Shown here one piece after another: positions 8,362 to 16,664 of a DNA stretch of 32,000 bases (positions are counted from its first letter, which is position 1; every line of letters begins with the position of its first letter). The stretch spans positions 30,001 to 62,000 of the forward strand of contig NZ_LGHJ01000023.1 of the NCBI RefSeq assembly GCF_001306055.1, read 5' to 3'. The notes beneath the pieces were generated by a model. That model did not search any database, had not been told where the DNA came from, and worked only from the letters and a program-made list of their open reading frames with translations. The DNA comes from Bellilinea caldifistulae (lineage in GTDB: Bacteria; Chloroflexota; Anaerolineae; Anaerolineales; Anaerolineaceae). Position numbers and translations under genes: made by a program.

Positions 8362-8651
8362 TCTGTTTCCTCATCGGAAATCCCAGTTTCCCATTCATCT
8401 TCACTGGTGAGATTTTCCAGATCCCCGGCTTGCATGGCCTGAATAAGCTGTTGGGCGTCCTCAAACTGGCTCGAAGGCACATACAAATGAACCTCTCCCA
8501 ATGGGCCGACCGTCAATCCATAAACCGTACCGGCGCTTTCTCGGCGTTGGATCACAGTAATGCCTGCGGCTTCCAGCATCAGACGAACCATGTCCGCTTC
8601 TAATTGACCATAGGCTGTAAATACTTTTTGAATTTCATCCGCCATTGGCAT
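8358..8651 (-). CDS. DUF2007-like small protein (putative signal-transducing, PII-like fold) with an acidic C-terminal tail
   Basis: Sequence is MADEIQKVFTAYGQLEADMVRLMLEAAGITV...VHLYVPSSQFEDAQQLI. The start is ambiguous (TTG 8660, ATG 8651, ATG 8645), with GGAG at 8655-8658. It overlaps the 3' end of the upstream ORF and, by 4 nt, the convergent aminotransferase. Confidence 0.6.
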   Translation of the reverse strand: MPMADEIQKVFTAYGQLEADMVRLMLEAAGITVIQRRESAGTVYGLTVGPLGEVHLYVPSSQFEDAQQLIQAMQAGDLENLTSEDEWETGISDEETD

Positions 8652-9003
8652 GTTCTCCAAGATTCCTTGTGGTCAATATTTCTTTGACCAATTGATAAAC
8701 CTCATCCAGGCGTGCTTTATGCAGACGATATTGGTGCAAAAGCCGCTGACTTTCGGAATTAGTGCGAGCTTCGGCCTTCTTGAATTCTTCAAGAAGTAAG
8801 TCCATCAATCCGAAGGGTGTATATTCGCCGCTCCCTTGAAGGGCCTGAATCACTAACTTGCTGACATGTTCCTCATATTGATGCAGTAATTGATAAAGTG
8901 AAGTCAGGTAGAGGTGATCATCGGGGGATTCGAGATGGGTGGTTTTCTGTTTGATGACCATTTGTTTGAGTTGCTGTTGTAAGTTTGTTTCGGATGTCAT
9001 CAT
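8635..9003 (-). CDS. Hypothetical all-helical 122-aa protein, no recognisable family
   Basis: Its ATGATG start overlaps the TGA stop of the upstream exonuclease gene (ATGATGA at 8997-9003), implying translational coupling. Composition is heptad-like and rich in charged and Leu residues. Confidence 0.55.
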   Translation of the reverse strand: MMTSETNLQQQLKQMVIKQKTTHLESPDDHLYLTSLYQLLHQYEEHVSKLVIQALQGSGEYTPFGLMDLLLEEFKKAEARTNSESQRLLHQYRLHKARLDEVYQLVKEILTTRNLGEHANGG

Positions 9004-10256
9004 GGTTTACTCTGATTGGTTGAACGGTTGTGTTTCTGGTGCAATCGCTGTTGGCGATGTTCTAATTCCAGCCGTCTTTGATTCTTCAGGTAGCGCGGGA
9101 GGGGAGATTGATCGAGATAAGTCAGTGCTAAATCTGTCCATTCGATGGCTTGCTTATAGGCTTTTATCTGGTGTTCGTAAAATTTGGCAATTTCAATGCA
9201 GGCGTCTACTTCATTGAACTCGGAGGCTTTCATCCATAATGCGAGAGCTGCTTCAATTTTACCGGTGCGGCGGTGCAGGTCGGCAAAGCGGTAAAGGGTT
9301 TGGATAAAAAAATGAGTAGGCAGACCGATTTCCAAACTGGCTTCATACAACTGTACCGCAGCAGTGTAATCGCCCAATTCTTCATACAGGCGAGCGATGG
9401 CGATCAAATCTAAACTTTGTGGATTGGGAGAACCAAGGGGATTTCGCAATAAGTTGGCCAAATGCAAGAACAGGGCAGAGAGAGACAGGATATCTATTTC
9501 ATTATGATAAAAAACGCCCCTTAGGGGTGTCGCGTTTTGGGTTTGTAGATATTCAAAATAAATCTGTGGAACCATCCAGCCGGGGATTTCTTCTTCCGCA
9601 CGACCCAGATTGAGAATTTCGTGTTCCAAATTACCCAATGAACGATCATCAAGCCGGTTTCGCCAGATACGCCGTGTGAGAGAAAGCAAATCAATATGAT
9701 GCAGATTTCTTACCGGCGATCGAAAACCGTTTAAGATGTATCGGTTGTTTAATAACGGGGCGTCAAAAGATTTACCGTTGTAAGTAACCAGAATTTTGAA
9801 AGGTGTGAGAAATTCTTCCAGTGCAGTCAGAAAAGCGGGTTCTTCGTCCGGTTCCCGCAAGAATATTTGATTAAGAAAATATTGGCCGTTCTTCCAGTAC
9901 CCCAAGCCAACCAAGAAAATAAATGTACCGGTCCCGCCGGCCAGTCCAGAAGTTTCTGTGTCCAAAAATACAAATTCATCTATTGAGGTGATGGATTCGA
10001 ACGGTATGCGCGACCATGCGATTAAGGACGAAAGATCAACTGAGCTTGAAAAATTAACAATACCATGGTTGTAATTCGGTGGATATTGTTTTTCAGAAAT
10101 GAAAATATCTCCAAAAATTGTTGGGTAATTTTTACCCTCAATAACTTTTTCAATCGAAATCAACCTTTCGAGTTTTGGGGTCGAATTATTCGAAAACGGG
10201 GTATTTCCCAGTTGTACCCCCAAAGATCGCAAGCGACTTAGCAAAGACTCGTCCAT
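9000..10256 (-). CDS. mrfB: MrfB/YprB-like RNase H-fold DEDDh 3'-5' exonuclease with C-terminal TPR domain
   Basis: Start chosen at ATG 10256 (MDESLLSRL...), which avoids overlap with the helicase. Exo motifs present: FLDTETSG (DxE), YNGKSFDAPLL and YHNEIDILSL (H-x4-D). The C-terminal part has TPR-like repeats (LYEELGDYTAAVQLYEASL..., ALALWMKASE...). It lies directly downstream of an MrfA-like helicase, as in B. subtilis yprA-yprB. Confidence 0.8.
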   Translation of the reverse strand: MDESLLSRLRSLGVQLGNTPFSNNSTPKLERLISIEKVIEGKNYPTIFGDIFISEKQYPPNYNHGIVNFSSSVDLSSLIAWSRIPFESITSIDEFVFLDTETSGLAGGTGTFIFLVGLGYWKNGQYFLNQIFLREPDEEPAFLTALEEFLTPFKILVTYNGKSFDAPLLNNRYILNGFRSPVRNLHHIDLLSLTRRIWRNRLDDRSLGNLEHEILNLGRAEEEIPGWMVPQIYFEYLQTQNATPLRGVFYHNEIDILSLSALFLHLANLLRNPLGSPNPQSLDLIAIARLYEELGDYTAAVQLYEASLEIGLPTHFFIQTLYRFADLHRRTGKIEAALALWMKASEFNEVDACIEIAKFYEHQIKAYKQAIEWTDLALTYLDQSPLPRYLKNQRRLELEHRQQRLHQKHNRSTNQSKP

Positions 10257-10263
10257 AAACTTA

Positions 10264-12771
10264 TTATAAACGAAGGGGCTGGCCGTTGAGAATTTTGAGA
10301 ATTGCAATCGCCTCTACTTTACCGGCGCTGCCATTCTCTCCACCCACACCAACGCAAGAAGGGCATCCTTCCCCACATGGGCAGTTTTGGACAACTTCGA
10401 GAGCGCTGTTAAGGATGGGTTCGTGTTTCTCAAAAAGGGTTTCGGATAATCCAATGCCGGCGGGTGAGTTATCATATAACATTACAATTGGGTTGCCCTG
10501 GCTGATTGGAGATTGAGGATCGCTGTGAGAGCCTAAATCTCCAGGATCGCATAAAACAAATAAAGGTGCAATTTGGGAGAGAAGAAAACGCAGACCCGAT
10601 AAGCCAGTGCGGATACGCACAACACTTTCAGCTTTGTGGTGACAGACCGGACAAAGTGTAATCAGGTTTTCCAATCGGTTGGCCTGTTCATAGGATGGAA
10701 ATTGACGGAAGGGGATTTTGTGATGAACATGATGGGGTGTGCCTTTTTCGGGAATACCACATAATTGACAGGTATACTGATCGCGCTGGCGGGCAAGTTT
10801 TCTTTGTTTCTCCCAATTTGGTCCGTAATTGTTAGGTTTACCACTCCATAAGTTGTATTCGGAAAGTTTTTGGACACTGACGGCATCCAGCTCAATCCAG
10901 TATCCAACAGTACGCATGGTACGCGGGGGGAGTTCCAGTTCTTCGGTTGCCAAAATTTCCTTTGTTAGCCACGAAATTTTCCGAAAACCTTTCAATTGCC
11001 GGGTCACTTCAATTTCACCAAAATGAATTGCTCCGCCGGGGACAGATTGGTTTTTTTCTTCAGAAATTGTCCGAATAGTTTGATCCATCAACGGTTGGGT
11101 GTAATAATCTCCGTTAAAGGAAGATAGTCGAACCAGTTTTTTTTCAAAGTCCAATTCTTGCACAATGAAGGTTTGACCTTGATGCAGGTAAATCGCATTG
11201 GGATGTGCCATCCAATCCACGCTGGCTTGATCTAATTCCCCAATGGTGATCAATCGGTCATCTTCTTCGACCTGTAACAAGAACGAGTCACCAGAGGTGC
11301 TGCGCAACGATACGTTTTGAGAAGGGTATTGATTTGCACGCCAGATAAATCGGTCTGCGGTTGCAAATACTTCTCGATTCAGGGTTAATACTTGAAGATA
11401 AGGATGAATATCCTCCCAGGGGAGTTTACCGAAGGTATCATTTTGACGGAATGGCAATTCAAAGACTGCGCAACGAATATGCTGGTATAAGATCAGCGGA
11501 TTGTTGGGATTGATCAACGCCATTTCGGGTGGATTTTCAAACAGGTACTCCGGATGCTTGAGGATATATTGATCCAAAGGGTTTGAAGAGGCAACCAGTA
11601 CCGCCAGGGAGTCTTGTTTTTGTCTGCCAGCCCGCCCGGCTTGTTGATGGGTTGCGGCAATACTGCCCGGATAACCGCTGATGATGACCGCTTCCATTCC
11701 CCCAATATCAATCCCTAGCTCCAACGCATTGGTGGCGACAACGGCTTTGGCTTTTCCGGTTTTCAGAGCTTCTTCTGTTTTTCTCCTTTCAGTCGGCAGA
11801 TACCCACTTCTGTAAGCAAAGATTTGGTGAGCCTTATCTGGATTCTGGCTTTGTAGTAATTTCATACCGATCTCGACATTTTTACGAGTGTGGGTAAACA
11901 AAAGTGTCTGGATACCTTTTACAATTAGATCGCCGCTCATCCGCACGGCTTCACTGAGTGCGGAACGACGAACCCCAAGTTCTTCATGAACAATGGGAGG
12001 ATTGTAAAGCAGAAAATATTTCGTGCCGCGTGGAGATTGACTATCCGATATCTGCTGGAAGGGTTCTTCAATCAAATTTTCGGCATGTTCCTTCGCGTTC
12101 GCAACCGTTGCCGAAGTGAGAATAAAGATTGGAGACGCGGAATAAAACTGGCCGACCCGCTTCAAGCGGCGGATCAGATTGGCAATGTGAGAGCCAAAAA
12201 CACCGCGGTAAAGGTGAACTTCATCCAAAACAACAAAGGTCAGACCACGAAAAAATCTTTCCCAGTTTGGATGATGGGGAAGAATTGCAGTGTGGAGCAT
12301 ATCCGGGTTGCTGAGCAAGATTCGGGCGGTTTGGCGAATTTTTGCGCGTTGAGAGGATGGTGTATCACCATCGTAGATTGCGATCGAAGAATGAAACGTA
12401 GAAGGGGATAAGCGCAGAAATGTATTCAATTGGTCTTGTGTGAGGGCCTTGGTGGGGAAAAGCAACAATGAAGTGGCAGTGTTGTCCTTCAAGCATTTGT
12501 CTAGAATTGGTAAAAGATAGCAAAGTGACTTTCCGCTGGCAGTTCCAGTGGTGATGATGGTGTGCTTAGATTGCGTAATGTTCTGGATGGCTTCCCATTG
12601 ATGGCGATAAAGTGCTTTAATGTTCTCTTGTAAAAGTGCATCTACCAATGCTTTATCCAATTTCTCAGGTAATGGAACAAAATGTCCCGGATTCGCATTG
12701 GTGACATGAATTGTGCTGATGTTGGGCGAGAGGGATGGATCGTTTTGCCAAAAGTCTAAAATCTTTTTCAT
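10264..12771 (-). CDS. mrfA: MrfA/YprA (Hrq1-like) DEVH-box SF2 helicase with C-terminal DUF1998/MZB zinc domain carrying an inserted HNH nuclease module
   Basis: 835 aa. Helicase motifs present: TGTASGKS (motif I), DEVH (II), SAT (III) and HQQAGRAGR (VI). The C-terminal Cys cluster is NCPCGEGCPSC (nt 10354-10383). The HNH insert is listed as a separate feature. Confidence 0.9.
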   Translation of the reverse strand: MKKILDFWQNDPSLSPNISTIHVTNANPGHFVPLPEKLDKALVDALLQENIKALYRHQWEAIQNITQSKHTIITTGTASGKSLCYLLPILDKCLKDNTATSLLLFPTKALTQDQLNTFLRLSPSTFHSSIAIYDGDTPSSQRAKIRQTARILLSNPDMLHTAILPHHPNWERFFRGLTFVVLDEVHLYRGVFGSHIANLIRRLKRVGQFYSASPIFILTSATVANAKEHAENLIEEPFQQISDSQSPRGTKYFLLYNPPIVHEELGVRRSALSEAVRMSGDLIVKGIQTLLFTHTRKNVEIGMKLLQSQNPDKAHQIFAYRSGYLPTERRKTEEALKTGKAKAVVATNALELGIDIGGMEAVIISGYPGSIAATHQQAGRAGRQKQDSLAVLVASSNPLDQYILKHPEYLFENPPEMALINPNNPLILYQHIRCAVFELPFRQNDTFGKLPWEDIHPYLQVLTLNREVFATADRFIWRANQYPSQNVSLRSTSGDSFLLQVEEDDRLITIGELDQASVDWMAHPNAIYLHQGQTFIVQELDFEKKLVRLSSFNGDYYTQPLMDQTIRTISEEKNQSVPGGAIHFGEIEVTRQLKGFRKISWLTKEILATEELELPPRTMRTVGYWIELDAVSVQKLSEYNLWSGKPNNYGPNWEKQRKLARQRDQYTCQLCGIPEKGTPHHVHHKIPFRQFPSYEQANRLENLITLCPVCHHKAESVVRIRTGLSGLRFLLSQIAPLFVLCDPGDLGSHSDPQSPISQGNPIVMLYDNSPAGIGLSETLFEKHEPILNSALEVVQNCPCGEGCPSCVGVGGENGSAGKVEAIAILKILNGQPLRL
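10624..10809 (-). other. HNH (beta-beta-alpha-Me) nuclease module embedded in the mrfA-like CDS (residues about 655-716)
   Basis: Sequence is CQLCG-x9-HHVHHKIPF-x12-LENLITLCPVCHHKAE. It has CxxC...CxxC zinc ligands flanking the H-N-H catalytic residues. Confidence 0.75.
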
Positions 12772-12820
12772 TTACCCGAAATTTTCCGATTATAAGGATG
12801 GTTTTTGATTGGCGTAACCC

Positions 12821-12826
12821 ATTATA
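12821..12826 (-). promoter_or_regulatory. Candidate -10 hexamer (TATAAT on the minus strand) for the mrfA operon
   Basis: Plus-strand ATTATA at 12821-12826 reads GGTATAATG on the minus strand, about 50 nt upstream of the mrfA ATG at 12771. A second TATAA lies at 12790-12795. No convincing -35. Confidence 0.25.
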
Positions 12827-12934
12827 CCTTTTCATTGATCTTGAAAATTGGGGATGACAAATCGTTTTTCTTTTTCGCCATCTTTGGCTATACTTTGCTT
12901 GTTTGAGAAGATTGGTTCAATCGGGAGAGAGAGG

Positions 12935-14272
12935 ATGAAACCAACTGCTCGGTATCGCTGGTTTGTGGTAGGGGTGTTTTTCGTGTTCATGCTTCTCCAC
13001 CAAGCCGATAAATTATTGATTGGACCATTGACCACACCGATCATGGAATATTTTCAAATTGATGAAGCTCAAATGGGGGTAGTTTTTTCGGGTGCCATTT
13101 TGGTTGGAGGAATTTTTTACCCCCTGTGGGGCTACCTTTATGATCGTTTTGCGCGAGCAAAGCTGCTGGCATTGGCCTCTTTAATTTGGGGAGCGACAAC
13201 CTGGTTAAGCGCACTGGCAAAATCCTTTGGTGTTTTTGTAATTACCCGTGCTTCCACGGGAATTGACGATGCGAGTTATCCCGGTTTATATTCCCTGATC
13301 TCGGATTATTTTCCCCCAAAAACACGGGGTAAAGTATATGGCCTGTTGCAGATTGCCAGTCCGCTGGGTTATATGATTGGGATGGTGCTGGCCATTACAC
13401 TGACTCAACTGATTCACTGGCAAGGAATTTTCATACTGACTGGTTCTTTGGGAATTGTCCTTGCGGCTGTCATTTTTACTACAGTGAAGGAGATGCCACG
13501 AGGGGGATCTGAACCCGAGCTGGAAAACATTGAGCAACATACTCATTATCGCTTTGAGTGGAAGACCGCTTTAGGGCTTTTCAGGAAAAAGAGTCTTCTG
13601 CTACTCTTTACCCAGGGATTTTTCGGGGTCTTTCCGTGGCAGGTGATTACTTTCTGGTTCTTCCGTTATCTGGAAACGGAACGAGGTTTCAATCCCAATC
13701 AAGTCTTAATCACGATGGTGATTGCAGTATTGTTCTTAGCGGCTGGTTATCCAATTGGTGGCGCATTGGGGGATTATCTTTTCAAACGCAATGTGCGCGG
13801 CCGTTTGATTGTCTCGGCTTTCGGCGTCATCACCGGTGCACTTTTGTTGTGGTTTTCCCTGAGTATTCCTGAAAACAACACCCTGTTTTTTACCATCTCC
13901 ATGGCCATCACAGCAATTTTCATTCCTTTTGCGGCACCGAATGTCCTTTCAACGGTTTATGATGTCACCTTGCCAGAAGTGAGATCTACTGCAAATTCGG
14001 TTCAAAACATGATTGAGCAAGGTGGTTCGGCAGTAGCTCCGGCGTTGGCGGGTTTGATTGCGGTGAATTCGTCATTAAAGGATGCGATTCTGATCATATG
14101 TGTGGGTGCATGGATTTTGTGTTTCTTATTCTTTTTGGGTGCAATTTACTTGTTGCCACGTGACATTCGGGATTTGCGCCAGCAATTAGCCCAAAGAGCA
14201 GAAAAAGAGAGAATGGCATTGAGTCAGGGGAACTTAAATGATCAATTGGTTTCTGCTCCGGCACAGGATTAA
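12935..14272 (+). CDS. MFS transporter
   Basis: Start chosen at ATG 12935, preceded by GGGAGAGAGAGG. About 12 hydrophobic segments are present. An MFS loop motif resembles GYLYDRFARAKLL (D-R-x-x-R-type between TM2 and TM3). Confidence 0.85.
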   Translation: MKPTARYRWFVVGVFFVFMLLHQADKLLIGPLTTPIMEYFQIDEAQMGVVFSGAILVGGIFYPLWGYLYDRFARAKLLALASLIWGATTWLSALAKSFGVFVITRASTGIDDASYPGLYSLISDYFPPKTRGKVYGLLQIASPLGYMIGMVLAITLTQLIHWQGIFILTGSLGIVLAAVIFTTVKEMPRGGSEPELENIEQHTHYRFEWKTALGLFRKKSLLLLFTQGFFGVFPWQVITFWFFRYLETERGFNPNQVLITMVIAVLFLAAGYPIGGALGDYLFKRNVRGRLIVSAFGVITGALLLWFSLSIPENNTLFFTISMAITAIFIPFAAPNVLSTVYDVTLPEVRSTANSVQNMIEQGGSAVAPALAGLIAVNSSLKDAILIICVGAWILCFLFFLGAIYLLPRDIRDLRQQLAQRAEKERMALSQGNLNDQLVSAPAQD

Positions 14273-14274
14273 TT

Positions 14275-15021
14275 ATGAATTTTGGTATTCTTCCTTTTCT
14301 GATCCTCGCTGGGTGGCTGGCGGGTTCTCTTTTGAATTATCTGGCGGATGTTTTACCCCGAACTCGCCGATTGAGCTCTCCTAAATGCATATCTTGTGGA
14401 ATTAAGGTGTCCTTACAGAACTATCTACTGTTGCGAAAATGCAATAACTGTGGCGCGGAAACCACATCACGAAGGCGAGTTGTGCAGGCACTTTCAACGA
14501 TCCTGATTCCCATCGTCTTTTATTTTCCCCCTGCACGATTTGGATTTTGGTTAAGCTTGCCCTATTTTTTATATTTCGCACTGGTGTTTATCATGGACAT
14601 CGAACACCGGGTTGTATTATACGAGGTTGTTGGTGCGGGTATATTGATTTCTATACCGATGGGATTGTACTGGAATGGATGGTTGAAAACCATCCTGGGG
14701 GGGCTTACTGGATTCGGACTGATGTTCATTCTTTATTACTTTGGGGTTCTTTTCAACCGCTGGATGTCCAAAAGGCGGGGAGAAGAAATTGAGGAAGTTG
14801 CATTGGGGTTTGGAGATGTGAACCTTAGTGGTGTGTTAGGATTGTTGCTGGGATGGCCAAAGATTGCGATAAGCTTATTCTTTTCTGTTGTAATGGGCGG
14901 CGTTTTCAGCGGGCTTTACCTGTTGGGAAGCGTGCTTGCCCGTCGCTACCGGCCATTTACAGCAATACCGTATGCGCCGTTTTTAGTAATTGCTGCGGTC
15001 ATTCTAATTTATCTAGCCTGA
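14275..15021 (+). CDS. A24-family prepilin (type IV leader) peptidase, no methyltransferase domain
   Basis: An N-terminal Cys pair region (CISCG...CNNCG) is followed by the two catalytic Asp contexts FIMDIEHR and LGFGDVNLSGVLGLLLGW. The protein is polytopic. It starts 2 nt after the MFS stop. Confidence 0.85.
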   Translation: MNFGILPFLILAGWLAGSLLNYLADVLPRTRRLSSPKCISCGIKVSLQNYLLLRKCNNCGAETTSRRRVVQALSTILIPIVFYFPPARFGFWLSLPYFLYFALVFIMDIEHRVVLYEVVGAGILISIPMGLYWNGWLKTILGGLTGFGLMFILYYFGVLFNRWMSKRRGEEIEEVALGFGDVNLSGVLGLLLGWPKIAISLFFSVVMGGVFSGLYLLGSVLARRYRPFTAIPYAPFLVIAAVILIYLA

Positions 15022-15027
15022 TCAAAC

Positions 15028-16632
15028 TCAGAGATGCGGCCCAGTGGCGAGCACCTCTTTTGTCACGTTTTTGGCAAATTGAGTGCAATTGTTTTCAAAT
15101 TGTGCAATCAAATTGCGGGCGTATTCCTGATAGGCTTGCTTGTCTTTCCAGTTGTATTGGGGATTCAGGACTTCTGAAGGAACACCGGGACAAAAGAGGG
15201 GGATGTTCAATCCAAAAAATGGTTCTTGACGGAACGGTACTTCATCCAGATCATGGTTCAAAGCAGCAGTGATCATTGCCCTGGTATAGGGGAGGTTGAT
15301 CCGTTTTCCAATTCCATAGGGGCCACCAATCCAACCGGTATTGATTAGCCAAACCTTAACCTTATGGCGCAAGATTTTCTCGCCGAGCAGATCGGAATAT
15401 CGGTTTGGAGAGAGTGGCAGGAAAGGCGCACCAAAACAGGTTGAAAAAGTGGCTTGTGGTTCGCTGCCTAAGCCCGTTTCGGTTCCGGCCAGTTTAGAGG
15501 TGTAACCTGAGAGAAAGTAATACATCGCTTGTTCGTAATTTAATCGGGCAATTGGTGGCATTACGCCGAATGCATCGGCCGTCAGGAAAAAAATGTTTTG
15601 CGGGTGACCCGCGTATCCCTGGCTGAGACTGTTAGGGATGAATGATAAGGGATAGGCCCCACGCGTATTTTCCGTAAATTGATCCGAGTCGAAATCAACC
15701 ACTCTGGAAACCGGATCATAAACTACATTTTCTAATACAGCCCCAAAACGATTGGTTGCAGCCCAAATCATTGGCTCATATTTAGGATTCAGGCGGATGG
15801 TTTTTGCGTAACAGCCGCCCTCGATATTAAAGACACCTTCGTCTGACCAACCATGTTCGTCATCACCGATCAATTGACGCTCGGGGTCGGAAGAAAGGGT
15901 GGTTTTGCCGGTTCCACTCAGCCCGAAAAACAAGGCAACATCGCCATTTTTACCCACATTAGCTGAACAGTGCATGGACAATACGCCCTGACGCGGCAAA
16001 AGATAGTTCATAATGGTGAATATTGATTTCTTGATTTCGCCGGCGTAACCGGTTCCACCTATCAAGACGATTTTTCTTTCAAAATCAATCAGTATAACGG
16101 TACCAGAACGTACACCATCCAATTTGGGGTCAGCTTGAAAGTTTTCGCTCTGGAGGATGATGAAATCGGGGATGGTGTGTGGAATTTGCGAAACCGGAAT
16201 GGGGATTAACAAATTCCGTGAGAACAGATTGTGCCAGGCTTTCTCGGTAATCACTCTTATCGTTTGCCGATAATTTGGATGTGCGCCTGCATAGACATCC
16301 TGGACAAACAAATCTCTTCCTTGAAAGTAAGCAAGAAACTTTTGGTAAATTTGATCAAATGCGTGAGGGGAAAGAGGTTGATTGATTTTTCCCCACCAGA
16401 TTTCATCCTCTAAGTGAGGGTATTGCACAATGAATTTGTCATTGGGTGACCGTCCGGTATGTTTACCGGTGTAGGCAATCACTGCTCCATCACAAGAGAG
16501 GGCAACTTCATTGCGTCTAATGCCTTCTTCAATCAAGCCGGCAGATGCATAATTCCAGTAAATATTCCCTGTATTTTGAAAGCCATGGTTCTCAATTCCG
16601 TAATTTGATGGAATTCCAAAGGCTTGCATCAA
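15028..16632 (-). CDS. pckA: Phosphoenolpyruvate carboxykinase (ATP)
   Basis: 534 aa. The kinase-1a P-loop FFGLSGTGKTTLS is present, along with GDDEHGW, IEGGCYAK and NTGWIGG. AAGGAGAG RBS lies upstream. Confidence 0.97.
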   Translation of the reverse strand: MMQAFGIPSNYGIENHGFQNTGNIYWNYASAGLIEEGIRRNEVALSCDGAVIAYTGKHTGRSPNDKFIVQYPHLEDEIWWGKINQPLSPHAFDQIYQKFLAYFQGRDLFVQDVYAGAHPNYRQTIRVITEKAWHNLFSRNLLIPIPVSQIPHTIPDFIILQSENFQADPKLDGVRSGTVILIDFERKIVLIGGTGYAGEIKKSIFTIMNYLLPRQGVLSMHCSANVGKNGDVALFFGLSGTGKTTLSSDPERQLIGDDEHGWSDEGVFNIEGGCYAKTIRLNPKYEPMIWAATNRFGAVLENVVYDPVSRVVDFDSDQFTENTRGAYPLSFIPNSLSQGYAGHPQNIFFLTADAFGVMPPIARLNYEQAMYYFLSGYTSKLAGTETGLGSEPQATFSTCFGAPFLPLSPNRYSDLLGEKILRHKVKVWLINTGWIGGPYGIGKRINLPYTRAMITAALNHDLDEVPFRQEPFFGLNIPLFCPGVPSEVLNPQYNWKDKQAYQEYARNLIAQFENNCTQFAKNVTKEVLATGPHL

Positions 16633-16664
16633 ATTGATCTCTCCTTATATGTGGGTTGAGTAAA

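Noticed and set aside
8358-12771. DUF1998 helicase plus nuclease operon considered as a possible novel phage-defence system (DISARM-like)
   Set aside because: The helicase/DEDDh-TPR exonuclease pair matches the described MrfA/MrfB (YprA/YprB) DNA-repair pair. No methyltransferase, PLD nuclease or other DISARM components are nearby, and the flanks are housekeeping genes. Only the HNH insertion and the two small coupled ORFs were kept as findings.
14853-15272. 139-aa plus-strand ORF spanning the end of the prepilin peptidase gene and the 3' end of pckA
   Set aside because: It overlaps two well-supported genes out of frame or antisense, and its composition is Cys/Arg-rich. It is spurious.
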